Source of the DNA: Pseudomonadota bacterium
Lineage (GTDB): Bacteria > Bdellovibrionota_B > Oligoflexia > Silvanigrellales > Silvanigrellaceae
Assembly (NCBI GenBank): GCA_039799905.1
Contig: JBDLRP010000052.1
Location: 1-45,941, forward strand
Direction of reading: 5' to 3'
DNA: 45,941 nt
Each line of letters begins with the position of its first letter. Within the stretch, counting starts at the first letter, position 1. The notes beneath the pieces were generated by a model. That model was not told the DNA's origin, made no database searches, and was given only the letters and a program-made list of their open reading frames with translations. Below are positions 37,937-45,941 of this stretch, piece after piece. The translations under genes and the position numbers were made by a program.

Positions 37937-38386
37937 TCAACGCGGTGGACGCGGAGTTTTGAGGTTTGGATTGAACAAGGCAAGACACAACCCATTGAGG
38001 TTGGCGTCCTTCACATCCGCACAAAATCGCTGTGTGTTTTGCACGTGCGAGTAACAAAGAAACTCAAGGTCGTTGTCCTGAATTTCAAAACAAGCCAGAG
38101 AAGTTTTCTGTTGCAGTCCATGGCAGTACTTGATCAAGTTTTCATCGCCTATGTCTTCACAGTCATAGGGCTGGCTGGAAAAGCTGCTCGTACACAATCC
38201 ACGCCAATTGGAGTCTGTAATTCCGGCGCACTCACTGACTTTGTCGAAGCGCTTTGCCTGACAAAACGCCTTCAAATCTGGATTATTGATCTCGCCACAG
38301 GAAGTTGCAGCTGAAGCGACCGCAGTCTGCAGCGATACCGGTAAGAAGACACACGACAACAGCAAGCGAACAGCAAGATTATTCAT
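37937..38386 (-). CDS. Secreted cysteine-repeat protein (5 x 23-aa repeat)
   Basis: SD GGAGG, signal peptide, and five C-x2-[IV]-x-[DN]-x-[DN]-[LW]-x3-C units. Confidence 0.75.
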   Translation of the reverse strand: MNNLAVRLLLSCVFLPVSLQTAVASAATSCGEINNPDLKAFCQAKRFDKVSECAGITDSNWRGLCTSSFSSQPYDCEDIGDENLIKYCHGLQQKTSLACFEIQDNDLEFLCYSHVQNTQRFCADVKDANLNGLCLALFNPNLKTPRPPR

Positions 38387-38469
38387 GGCGATGACCTCCA
38401 ACACCCTACCCTACGCTCGGCGCCGAAAGTGACAAGGCGACGCTCGTCAATATTTGTTGTCTTGACTCT

Positions 38470-39039
38470 TTAAGACAAATTCGGTGGAGGAGAATCCGGC
38501 GACCACGAAAGAATCACATCGTGGGAACCTGTGCGGCAGAGTTTGACAGGCAATGAACCTGGTGATGAGTTTATCTCGCTAGAGAGTCGTTTAATGAGCC
38601 GCGGGGGAGCCATGACCACCAAAAAGTAACGAACGTAAGTGCGGACGTGTGCCCGTCTTCGAGCACGAATGCGGCACTCAAACCGAGCCGCCGTGCGCCA
38701 GAGATTGCGCAGTTGATGGGGACGGACAAGAGTGCGCATCTTCCCCTCCGCAAAAAGAGCGTGAAATTGACCAACAGATCGAACACGTGTGGTTTTTATC
38801 TCTGCTACGCACACATCGAGCATACGCGCGGAATGCGCGTGCTCGCGAACAAAGACACGATCGATTTCTCCGCCTAGGAAACGCATATTGCGCTCGCAAC
38901 AACTCCAGCCCAAAGCAGTTAACCACCCCTCAACACACTCTTCACCCAGACGACCTTCCCGCGAGCTCAAAAAACTGTCCTCCCTCAGACAATTAGGGGT
39001 AAACAGCACGCACAAAAAGACATCAATCCGCCCCAGCAC
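38470..39039 (-). CDS. YraN/UPF0102-family PD-(D/E)xK nuclease-like protein
   Basis: GRLGE...WL...GW....RN.R...GEID...AEIKT pattern. Start uncertain. Confidence 0.7.
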   Translation of the reverse strand: MLGRIDVFLCVLFTPNCLREDSFLSSREGRLGEECVEGWLTALGWSCCERNMRFLGGEIDRVFVREHAHSARMLDVCVAEIKTTRVRSVGQFHALFAEGKMRTLVRPHQLRNLWRTAARFECRIRARRRAHVRTYVRYFLVVMAPPRLIKRLSSEINSSPGSLPVKLCRTGSHDVILSWSPDSPPPNLS

Positions 39040-39045
39040 TTGCCG

Positions 39046-39291
39046 ATTTTGAATTCAAAATTTTGGTCAATTTAAGAAATTTAATTTCCCCCATTGACCC
39101 AGACGATCGGTGGTGTTATCCACCCGTTCCGGTCGGTGTCCTTCCCACTTTTGGACCCCACTGTTGCTCTGTTGATAGTTTGTGGATAAGTGCCGCAACA
39201 CGTAGCAAAAGCGACTTTACATCATCTCAATATCACGCTCATAATTTACGCGATTTAGTTTTTTCCAAAACACAGATATTTGTGTGGATAA
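39046..39291. promoter_or_regulatory. DnaA-box cluster with AT-rich tract (candidate oriC or DnaA-regulated element)
   Basis: Two perfect boxes TGTGGATAA (39181-39189, 39283-39291). Near matches TTATCCACC (39116-39124), TGTTGATAG (39170-39178), TTTTCCAAA (39261-39269). AT-rich stretch 39046-39087. Confidence 0.7.
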
Positions 39292-39320
39292 CTCTTTCCT
39301 TGCAGGAAAAAAAAGCACTC

Positions 39321-39932
39321 ATGAACTCTACGCAGCTCCTTCACCCCAGCCAACTGACTCCAGAGAGTCACGATTCAGTTTTGCTTGCACTTCAGTCGGC
39401 GGCAGTCTCGTTCAACCAGCAAAAATCTCCCATCCGTCCGCTGCACGTGCGCGATTTCTGGTTTGTGATTGAAGATGGTCAGGCCTGGCTCGATCTTTTC
39501 GTGGAACCGCTGCCTGCCCACACCGGACCAACTCCGTTTCCCGCGCCCGAGCTTGCGGTGAGCCTCGACGAGTGTCTTCCATTGCACCATTATCTCCTCG
39601 AGTCTGGCGCTCTCGACGGTTTTGACGACAACGTGGGTGTTCGGGTCGGCTCGCTGGGAATTGAACCACCGCTCCGCACTCTTGCGCACTTTGAGGCGGC
39701 GAAGGGCCATTTTGTGACGCTCAAAACGTGGACAAAACGTCAGGGGCGCGATAGATTCACATCGTTGTTGGACGATGTGAAAGCAGACGTCTCTACTCCC
39801 TCGCTTCTGCTGCGAGAAGGAACTGAAGTCATTGAAGTTCCGCTCTCAGCCGTCAAGTTTGCCCAGGCACTCCTTGAAAAACCAAAGGCAGCCAAAGCAA
39901 ACCCGCCGAGAAAATCGAAGCGCGGGTCGTAG
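39321..39932 (+). CDS. rimP: Ribosome maturation factor RimP (divergent)
   Basis: LDLFVE, VSLDEC, VGSLGIEPPL....HF, VPLSAVKFA. First gene before nusA. ATG 39321 lies downstream of AGGA. Confidence 0.8.
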   Translation: MNSTQLLHPSQLTPESHDSVLLALQSAAVSFNQQKSPIRPLHVRDFWFVIEDGQAWLDLFVEPLPAHTGPTPFPAPELAVSLDECLPLHHYLLESGALDGFDDNVGVRVGSLGIEPPLRTLAHFEAAKGHFVTLKTWTKRQGRDRFTSLLDDVKADVSTPSLLLREGTEVIEVPLSAVKFAQALLEKPKAAKANPPRKSKRGS

Positions 39933-40059
39933 GCATTTGTTTTTTCAATTGTTCCGTAAAGTTAGGCTTAGTCTTTCAAAAGTGAGTGACAACCAGTTCA
40001 GCCGAGGGTATAGCGCCTCGGCAACACTGGGGAAATTCTCCGATTGCTGAGGGAAAGTT

Positions 40060-41676
40060 ATGCAAATTGATCTGAAGCGAGTGATCGAAGCGGTAGGCAA
40101 AGAGAAAAATATCGACCGTGAGCTGCTCATTGGCGCCCTCAAAGACGCCATTATCACTGCCGCCAAAAAATTCTTCGGCGATTGCGTTTTTGAAGCAAAA
40201 TTCAACGAAGAAACCGAAGAAGTTGAACTGCTCCGCTTCCGCGTCGTTGTACCGGACGATCAATACGCAAACGAATTCCGTGAAATTAAATTCAGCGAAG
40301 CCCAAAGCATGGACGAATCACTCCAGCTCGGCGACGAAGTCGGAGAAGCCCTGCCAACTGATCAGCTCGGTCGCATCGCCGCACAGGCTGCCAAGCAGGT
40401 GATTGTGCAAAAGATGCAGGAAGCTGAAAAAGAAAAAATCGTGCGTGACTTCCGCGACCGGAAATCGCAACTGGTAACCGGGCAGGTCAAGCGCTTCGAC
40501 AAGCAGGACCTGATTATTGACCTCGGTTCGTGCGAAGGCGTTCTGCCGATGCGTGAGCAGATTCCCGGCGAGAAGTTCAAGCTGCGCGACAAAATCACTT
40601 GCTACGTGCTGGATGTTAAAAAGTCGACGCGTGGGCCGCAGGTGATTCTCAGCCGCGCCCATCCAGAAATGCTTGTGCGCCTGTTCGAGCAGGAAGTCAC
40701 AGAGATTGCCGAAGGCATCGTGATTATCCAGAGCGCTGCGCGCGACCCTGGCAGCCGCTCGAAAATTGCTGTCTACAGCACAGAACAATCGGTTGATCCG
40801 GTTGGCGCTTGCGTCGGAGTCAAAGGTTCGCGTGTGCAAATGGTTGTGCAGGAACTGCGCGGTGAAAAAATCGACATTATCCCGTTCGACCGTGATCCTG
40901 CACGCTTTGCTTGCAACGCGCTTGCACCTGCTGAAGTGTCGAAAGTTATCGTCAACGAACGCGTCCATACGATGGAAGTTGTCGTTCCTGACGATCATCT
41001 GTCGCTTGCCATCGGTCGTCGCGGACAAAACGTTCGCCTGGCAGCTCAGCTGACAGGCTGGAAAGTGGACATCCGCTCGGAAAGCAAGATGCGTGAGCTT
41101 GTTCAGGAATACAAAACTGTCCTGTCGCAGATTCCTTCACTTGGCGAAATGCGTGCCGAAATTCTTGTCAACGAAGGCTACAAAGACCCAACTGACATTG
41201 CCCGCATGGAAGCAAAGTCACTCAGCAAGCTCTTGCGCCTTTCACCGGAAGAATCAGAACAGGTGATTGCCGGGGCAAAAGAATTGGCCGACAAAATCAC
41301 CGCCAACAAAAAGTCGGAAATTGACGTTGATTCCGAGTTCGACGCTCTTGAACTGACGGGCGCACTGACAGGTTCGCAATTCGACGCTGCTGCGGAAGCA
41401 TCTGCACTTGAAGACCTCGTCGCCAAAACAAGACCCACTGCCCAGCTCGATCCAGAGAAGGTCGATCCTCGTCAGGTGCCGAGCGACGTTCTTCATTACT
41501 GGATGAAGCTGCGCGGAGTCGGCGAATACACAGCGGCTGTTTTGCACACGGCCGGCTTTAATGACTACACCGCAGTCGCACAAACAACCCCAGAGGACAT
41601 CGCAGTCCGTACAGGGTTGCCCTACAAGTTCTCAGGAAAAATACATGCTGAAACTGCCAAAATTACTGGAGGCTGA
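40060..41676 (+). CDS. nusA: Transcription termination/antitermination factor NusA
   Basis: GRIAAQAAKQ, S1 domain, ARDPGSRSKIAV, GACVG..GSRV, EKIDII, AIGRRGQNVRLA, and two C-terminal HhH-like repeats. Confidence 0.97.
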   Translation: MQIDLKRVIEAVGKEKNIDRELLIGALKDAIITAAKKFFGDCVFEAKFNEETEEVELLRFRVVVPDDQYANEFREIKFSEAQSMDESLQLGDEVGEALPTDQLGRIAAQAAKQVIVQKMQEAEKEKIVRDFRDRKSQLVTGQVKRFDKQDLIIDLGSCEGVLPMREQIPGEKFKLRDKITCYVLDVKKSTRGPQVILSRAHPEMLVRLFEQEVTEIAEGIVIIQSAARDPGSRSKIAVYSTEQSVDPVGACVGVKGSRVQMVVQELRGEKIDIIPFDRDPARFACNALAPAEVSKVIVNERVHTMEVVVPDDHLSLAIGRRGQNVRLAAQLTGWKVDIRSESKMRELVQEYKTVLSQIPSLGEMRAEILVNEGYKDPTDIARMEAKSLSKLLRLSPEESEQVIAGAKELADKITANKKSEIDVDSEFDALELTGALTGSQFDAAAEASALEDLVAKTRPTAQLDPEKVDPRQVPSDVLHYWMKLRGVGEYTAAVLHTAGFNDYTAVAQTTPEDIAVRTGLPYKFSGKIHAETAKITGG

Positions 41677-42139
41677 TGCACGCGCTGAAGCAATTCGAGC
41701 GCGGCTTGCCTGCAATCTGAAACCGCTGTGGAGCGAGGGTCGGCTTAAAGTGCCGACCCTCGAGCTCAATCCGGCACTTGAAAAAGTTCTTTCCCTTTCG
41801 CGACGAGCTGGCCAGCTGAAGGGTGGACTCGAAAACATCGAGTCGTGCCTGCGCCGAGAGCAAATGGGATTGAATGCACTCAAAGACCGTCAACTTGCCC
41901 AGGATTCAGGACGCATGAGCCGGATCTTGTTGATGAGCTCCGATGGTTCTGAGCGTTTCTATCGCCATTGCGAATCTCTCCTGACAACCCATTCCGACAG
42001 GCTGACGGGTGTTCGACTGAACATCCCAAGCCAAAGTCTTGGGCAGAAGTTTTTCGGCAAAGAAGCCCAAGTCAAAGTGGTTCTCATTACACACAAAGAT
42101 TTCGTCATCAGAGCTCTCGAATCTCTAGCTGATTCCTGA
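41645..42139 (+). CDS. L7Ae/YlxQ-like RNA-binding protein
   Basis: LSLSRRAGQLKGG.E, RILLMSSDGSE, LGQKFFGK resemble the L7Ae family. Lies between nusA and infB. ATG 41645 after AGGA overlaps the nusA 3' end by 32 nt. Confidence 0.65.
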   Translation: MLKLPKLLEADARAEAIRARLACNLKPLWSEGRLKVPTLELNPALEKVLSLSRRAGQLKGGLENIESCLRREQMGLNALKDRQLAQDSGRMSRILLMSSDGSERFYRHCESLLTTHSDRLTGVRLNIPSQSLGQKFFGKEAQVKVVLITHKDFVIRALESLADS

Positions 42140-42219
42140 GAAAGCTGTTAAGGGACGTCTGGTCATTAGGTTAATCGGAGCCCCGCCGATCACTCGGGGT
42201 CTTTTGGGAGCGGAGTTGG

Positions 42220-45200
42220 ATGAGCCGTCTGAGGGTACTGGATATCGCAAAAGAGCTTAAGCTCGACACAAAAACAGTCATTGCAAAACTGCAGGACTTG
42301 GGAATTCAAGTAAAAAATCATTTCAACGCGATTTCCGATCTCGAGGCCGACAAATTGCGCGCCTACGTGCGCTCCGGAAAGAACCCTGAAAAGGAAGCAG
42401 CAGCAAAACCAGCAGGAAAGGTTGTTATCCGGCGTCGTGCCGATGCAACAACCGACGCATCCGGTGGCGGTGAAGCACATGCGACAGGCGGTGCTGAAAT
42501 TGCTCCAGAACAGCCGCTCAGCGCAGCTCCGGTAGAAGTAGCTGTGGCTGCTCAGGCAGAAGCTCCGTCACAAGAGCACATCGTCCAGAAGGCGCCGAGT
42601 GCTGCGGAAACAGTCGAGGTAAGCTCAGCATATGAGCCAGCTCCGACAACTCAGGCAGCTGCCGAAACGACTCCCGCAAGCACACAGGAATCAAAAATTC
42701 AAAGCGAACAAATTCAAACAGCCAAGCAAACACCTCCGCCTTCCACAGGCGGAGCAACTATTGTTCGTCCCGCAGCTCCGGCTGTGAGCGCAACAATCAT
42801 TCGTCGCGCGGAACCGACGCCGCCAACCAGTAGCGCGGGTGGACCGCGGCCTTACTCTTCAGGACCTGTTCCGGCGGGTCAGCGTCCTTCGATGCGAGAT
42901 GGTGGATTTGGCGGACCACAACCCCGATCTGACAGAAACTCATACCAACGTGGTGATCAGGGTGGTTACCATCGCCCCGAAAGCCCCGGTGGCTACAACG
43001 GACCACGCCCACAAGACGGCGAAAGCCGCGGTGGATGGCAACCACGTCCAGCGGGAGCCGGTGGTGGTCCTCGTCCAGCAGGAGCTGGTGGTGGATTCGG
43101 CGGTCCTCGTCCGGCAGGAGCTGGCGGTGGATTCGGTGGTCCTCGTCCGGCAGGAGCTGGTGGTGGATTTGGTGGTCCTCGGCCCGGCGGACCATCCGCA
43201 GGCCTGCCGTTCGGCTCGACTTCAGATGCGACCACTCCGCTTGGAAAAGATGGAGTTCGTGGACGCGAGAAAGAAAAAGAACACGAATTGCGCCGTCGGC
43301 GCATGCAGGAAGAAGATGAAAATCGTAAAGCGCGCGCCAAAGGTGCTCGCGGAGGCGAAAGCGAAGAGTTCATCGATGAAGAGCTTTACTACAACCCCGA
43401 AGATGAAGCTGGCGCTTCAGAAGGAGCTGTAAGTCAGGTTCGTACGGTTATTCTTCCGAACCGCAGACGCGGCTCTGCCCCTTCACGCAAACGTGATGAC
43501 AAAAGAAACGAACAAGCGAACCCGATGAAGGCCTCAAAGCGCATCGTTCGCGTCGATGAGTCCATTTCGGTGGCAGACTTGGCAGCGGAAATGAGCATCA
43601 AGAGCTCGGCTATCATCAAGGTGCTGATGAAACTCGGCATGATGGCCGGCGTAAACCAACAACTCGACATGGAAACTGCAACTCTCGTTGCCAACGAATT
43701 TGATTTCGAGGTTCAAAACGCGTCAGTCAGCCTGACCGACATCTTGAACACCAAAAAGACGGCCAAGACAGACTCTGCACAGGCCGAAATGGTAACACGC
43801 GCGCCCATCGTGACCATCATGGGTCACGTTGACCACGGTAAAACATCGCTGCTGGACGCCATCCGTTCGGCGGACGTTGCCGCAGGTGAAGCAGGTGGAA
43901 TCACGCAGCACATCGGTGCATACCAAGTTGAACACAACGGCCGGCGCGTGACGTTCCTCGACACTCCTGGCCATGAGGCGTTCACGCAGATGCGTGCGCG
44001 CGGTGCTCAGGTCACCGACATCGTGGTTTTGGTTGTCGCAGCAGATGACGGTGTAATGCCGCAAACCGTAGAAGCGATTGCTCACGCCAAAGCAGCGGGT
44101 GTGCCAATCATTGTTGCCGTAAATAAAATGGATAAGGCGGGTGCAAACCTTGAACGAATCCAACGTGAACTTTCGCAGCACAACGTAACACCCGAAGAAT
44201 GGGGTGGTGAGTCGATGTTCGTGCCCGTCTCTGCAAAGACCAAGCAGGGCATTCCTGAACTTCTGGAATCGCTGCTTTTGCAGTCTGACGTCCTCGACCT
44301 CAAGGCACCCAAAGAGGGCCTTGCTGCTGGTATCGTGATTGAAGCCAAGCTCGACAAATCCCGCGGTCCAGTTGCGACTGTGATCGTTACAAGCGGTATT
44401 CTAAGTCAAGGTGACTGCATTGTTGCAGGATTGTCCTATGGCCGCGTGCGCGCGATGTTCGACGACAAAGGTCAGCGCCTTCCTGCTGCCCTGCCAGCAA
44501 CACCGGTCGAAATCATCGGTCTTTCTGAAGTGCCGGCGGCGGGCGACCAGTTCAACTGCGTCGTAAACGAAGGTATCGCCAAGGAAGCAGTTGCCTTCCG
44601 CATTGAAAAGCACCGCCAGAAGGAACTTGCAGGCAAGCCTAAGGCAACCTTGGAAGACTTCCTCGCCAAGTTGGGCGAAGATTCCAACAAGCCCAAAGAG
44701 CTGCCTATTATTCTCAAGGCAGACACGCATGGTTCGGTTGAGGCCATCCGTGCAAGTCTGCAGAAACTCGACACCGAAAAGGTCAAGAACCGCATCATCC
44801 ACTCAGCCGTGGGCGGCATCACCGAAACCGACGTCACGCTGGCGGAAGCTTCCGGTGCGACCATCGTTGGATTCAACGTCCGGCCCGACAAACTGTCGAG
44901 CACTGCCGCTGAATCTCGTGGTGTCGAAATTCAATGCTTCAGCATCATCTATGAACTGATCGAAACGATCGAAAAACTAATGGCGGGCAAACTGGCTCCG
45001 ATCAAAACAGAAAAAGTTCTTGGTCATGCCGAAGTCCGCAACTTGTTCTCGGTGCCAAAGATCGGCGTCATTGCAGGTACTGCAATCACCGACGGCAAAG
45101 TCACCCGCAACTCACACATTCGTGTTGTGCGTGAGGGTATCGTGATCTACACGGGCCGCATCGGGTCGCTGAAGCGCTTCAAAGATGACGCCAAGGAAGT

Positions 45201-45309
45201 ACTGCAGGGATTCGAGTGTGGTATTGGTGTTGAAAACTACAACGACCTCAAGGTCGGCGATGTTCTGGAGTCCTTCGTCATCGAAGAGACGGCAGCAACT
45301 CTCCACTGA
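42220..45309 (+). CDS. infB: Translation initiation factor IF-2
   Basis: N-terminal RVLDIAKEL, GHVDHGKTSLLD, GGITQHIGAY, DTPGHEAF, NKMD, SLKRFKDD.KEV..GFECG. Confidence 0.98.
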   Translation: MSRLRVLDIAKELKLDTKTVIAKLQDLGIQVKNHFNAISDLEADKLRAYVRSGKNPEKEAAAKPAGKVVIRRRADATTDASGGGEAHATGGAEIAPEQPLSAAPVEVAVAAQAEAPSQEHIVQKAPSAAETVEVSSAYEPAPTTQAAAETTPASTQESKIQSEQIQTAKQTPPPSTGGATIVRPAAPAVSATIIRRAEPTPPTSSAGGPRPYSSGPVPAGQRPSMRDGGFGGPQPRSDRNSYQRGDQGGYHRPESPGGYNGPRPQDGESRGGWQPRPAGAGGGPRPAGAGGGFGGPRPAGAGGGFGGPRPAGAGGGFGGPRPGGPSAGLPFGSTSDATTPLGKDGVRGREKEKEHELRRRRMQEEDENRKARAKGARGGESEEFIDEELYYNPEDEAGASEGAVSQVRTVILPNRRRGSAPSRKRDDKRNEQANPMKASKRIVRVDESISVADLAAEMSIKSSAIIKVLMKLGMMAGVNQQLDMETATLVANEFDFEVQNASVSLTDILNTKKTAKTDSAQAEMVTRAPIVTIMGHVDHGKTSLLDAIRSADVAAGEAGGITQHIGAYQVEHNGRRVTFLDTPGHEAFTQMRARGAQVTDIVVLVVAADDGVMPQTVEAIAHAKAAGVPIIVAVNKMDKAGANLERIQRELSQHNVTPEEWGGESMFVPVSAKTKQGIPELLESLLLQSDVLDLKAPKEGLAAGIVIEAKLDKSRGPVATVIVTSGILSQGDCIVAGLSYGRVRAMFDDKGQRLPAALPATPVEIIGLSEVPAAGDQFNCVVNEGIAKEAVAFRIEKHRQKELAGKPKATLEDFLAKLGEDSNKPKELPIILKADTHGSVEAIRASLQKLDTEKVKNRIIHSAVGGITETDVTLAEASGATIVGFNVRPDKLSSTAAESRGVEIQCFSIIYELIETIEKLMAGKLAPIKTEKVLGHAEVRNLFSVPKIGVIAGTAITDGKVTRNSHIRVVREGIVIYTGRIGSLKRFKDDAKEVLQGFECGIGVENYNDLKVGDVLESFVIEETAATLH
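43066..43185 (+). repeat. 36-bp coding tandem repeat (GPRPAGAGGGFG) in the infB N-terminal region
   Basis: Units start at 43066, 43102 and 43138, with a partial unit at 43174 and a degenerate shorter copy at about 43042. Confidence 0.9.
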
Positions 45310-45369
45310 GTGGTTAATGCAGACGCCGGGCCAAGTGCCCGGTGTTTTGTTCTGAGCCGGAGATTTTTT

Positions 45370-45771
45370 GTGTCCTCAAAGCGTATTCTGCAAGTCGGTG
45401 AACAAATTCGTGAACATATTGCAATGATGTTGATCCGCGGTGAGCTCTCTGATCCGCGCCTGAAAAACATCACCATCAACTCCGTTCGCGTTTCGCCCGA
45501 CCTTCAGCTCGCCAAAGTTTATTACAGCGTCATGGGTAGCGAATCCGAGCGCCTTGCGGTCGACAAGGGGCTCAAACAGGCGAGCGGTTTTATCCGCCGC
45601 TCGCTTGGTGACACTTTAAAAATGCGCTACACACCAGTCATCTCTTTCTTCTTTGACGAATCTATTCAGCGTGCAGCGCGCATTTCCGAACTAATTGAGA
45701 CAATCAAGCGCGACGATGCTCTGGCAGATGGCGTGGAGTTGGACGCAGTCTCCGAAACCGAGAAAGAATAA
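45370..45771 (+). CDS. rbfA: Ribosome-binding factor A
   Basis: KRILQVGEQIR, DPRL, VSPDL..AKVY, GFIRRSL....MRYTP..F..D.S. GTG 45370 after GGAG. Confidence 0.95.
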   Translation: MSSKRILQVGEQIREHIAMMLIRGELSDPRLKNITINSVRVSPDLQLAKVYYSVMGSESERLAVDKGLKQASGFIRRSLGDTLKMRYTPVISFFFDESIQRAARISELIETIKRDDALADGVELDAVSETEKE

Positions 45772-45781
45772 GCCCAGAACC

Positions 45782-45941
45782 ATGTCACTTCTTCTTATAG
45801 ACAAGCCCGCAGGTCCAACGAGTCATGCGGTGGTTGCAACCATCAAACGCACGCTCGGCGCCGACAAAGTGGGGCATCTGGGCACACTCGACCCATTCGC
45901 GTCAGGGCTTCTCCCGATCATGATTGGCAATACCGCACGTT
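45782..45941 (+). CDS. truB: tRNA pseudouridine(55) synthase TruB (3' truncated by window edge)
   Basis: Manual translation MSLLLIDKPAGPTSHAVVATIKRTLGADKVGHLGTLDPFASGLL contains DKP.G.TS and GH.GTLDP. Not in the ORF track. Confidence 0.95.
   Translation, partial: MSLLLIDKPAGPTSHAVVATIKRTLGADKVGHLGTLDPFASGLLPIMIGNTAR

Noticed and set aside
39063..39320. 86-aa N-terminal extension of RimP in the ORF track
   Set aside because: It runs across the DnaA boxes and putative promoter. RimP-like sequence begins only after ATG 39321.
42165..42205. Third sigma-28 promoter (ATTAG-N15-GCCGATCA) or attenuator hairpin (GCCCCG/CGGGGT + CTTTT) before infB
   Set aside because: Poor -35 match and a short stem with a weak U tail. 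Not supportable without TSS or Term-seq data.
43042..43185. CRISPR-like 36-bp repeats
   Set aside because: The units are contiguous with no spacers, lie in frame within infB, and no cas genes are present.

Overview
Gene-dense, mostly housekeeping bacterial chromosomal segment. I found no integrase, transposase, phage genes, CRISPR array or rRNA. Gene content (mitochondrial-type aconitase, split class I fumarase, sigma-28-type promoters on secreted hydrolases, long IF2) suggests a Bdellovibrionota/Oligoflexia-like or other former 'deltaproteobacterial' host; this is inference only. Left to right the window holds: partial aconitase; CapA-like and lytic-transglycosylase-like lipoproteins; class 3 lipase; GAF/HD-GYP protein divergent from a PAS hybrid kinase; fis-like gene with dnaB; ychF; a cytochrome c lipoprotein; nth; two coupled degenerate sulfatase-fold membrane proteins; tRNA-Gly(GCC); an XRE regulator; rarA; several hydrolases/oxidoreductases; a Tat-exported Csp copper-storage protein; dedA; a long minus-strand run (dacB, crp/fnr, ccmABCDE, ccmG, RNHCP, acid phosphatase, lpxH-like, FAD oxidoreductase, hypothetical, pepP); split fumarase; trxB; a Cys-repeat secreted protein; yraN; and rimP-nusA-(L7Ae-like)-infB-rbfA-truB'. 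The best leads are: (1) a DnaA-box cluster with an AT-rich tract between yraN and rimP, with no dnaA in the window (candidate displaced oriC or DnaA-controlled site); (2) a coupled pair of apparently catalytically dead sulfatase-fold membrane proteins; (3) two well-spaced FliA/sigma-28 promoters in front of non-flagellar lipoprotein genes. All calls come from reading motifs by eye, not from database searches.
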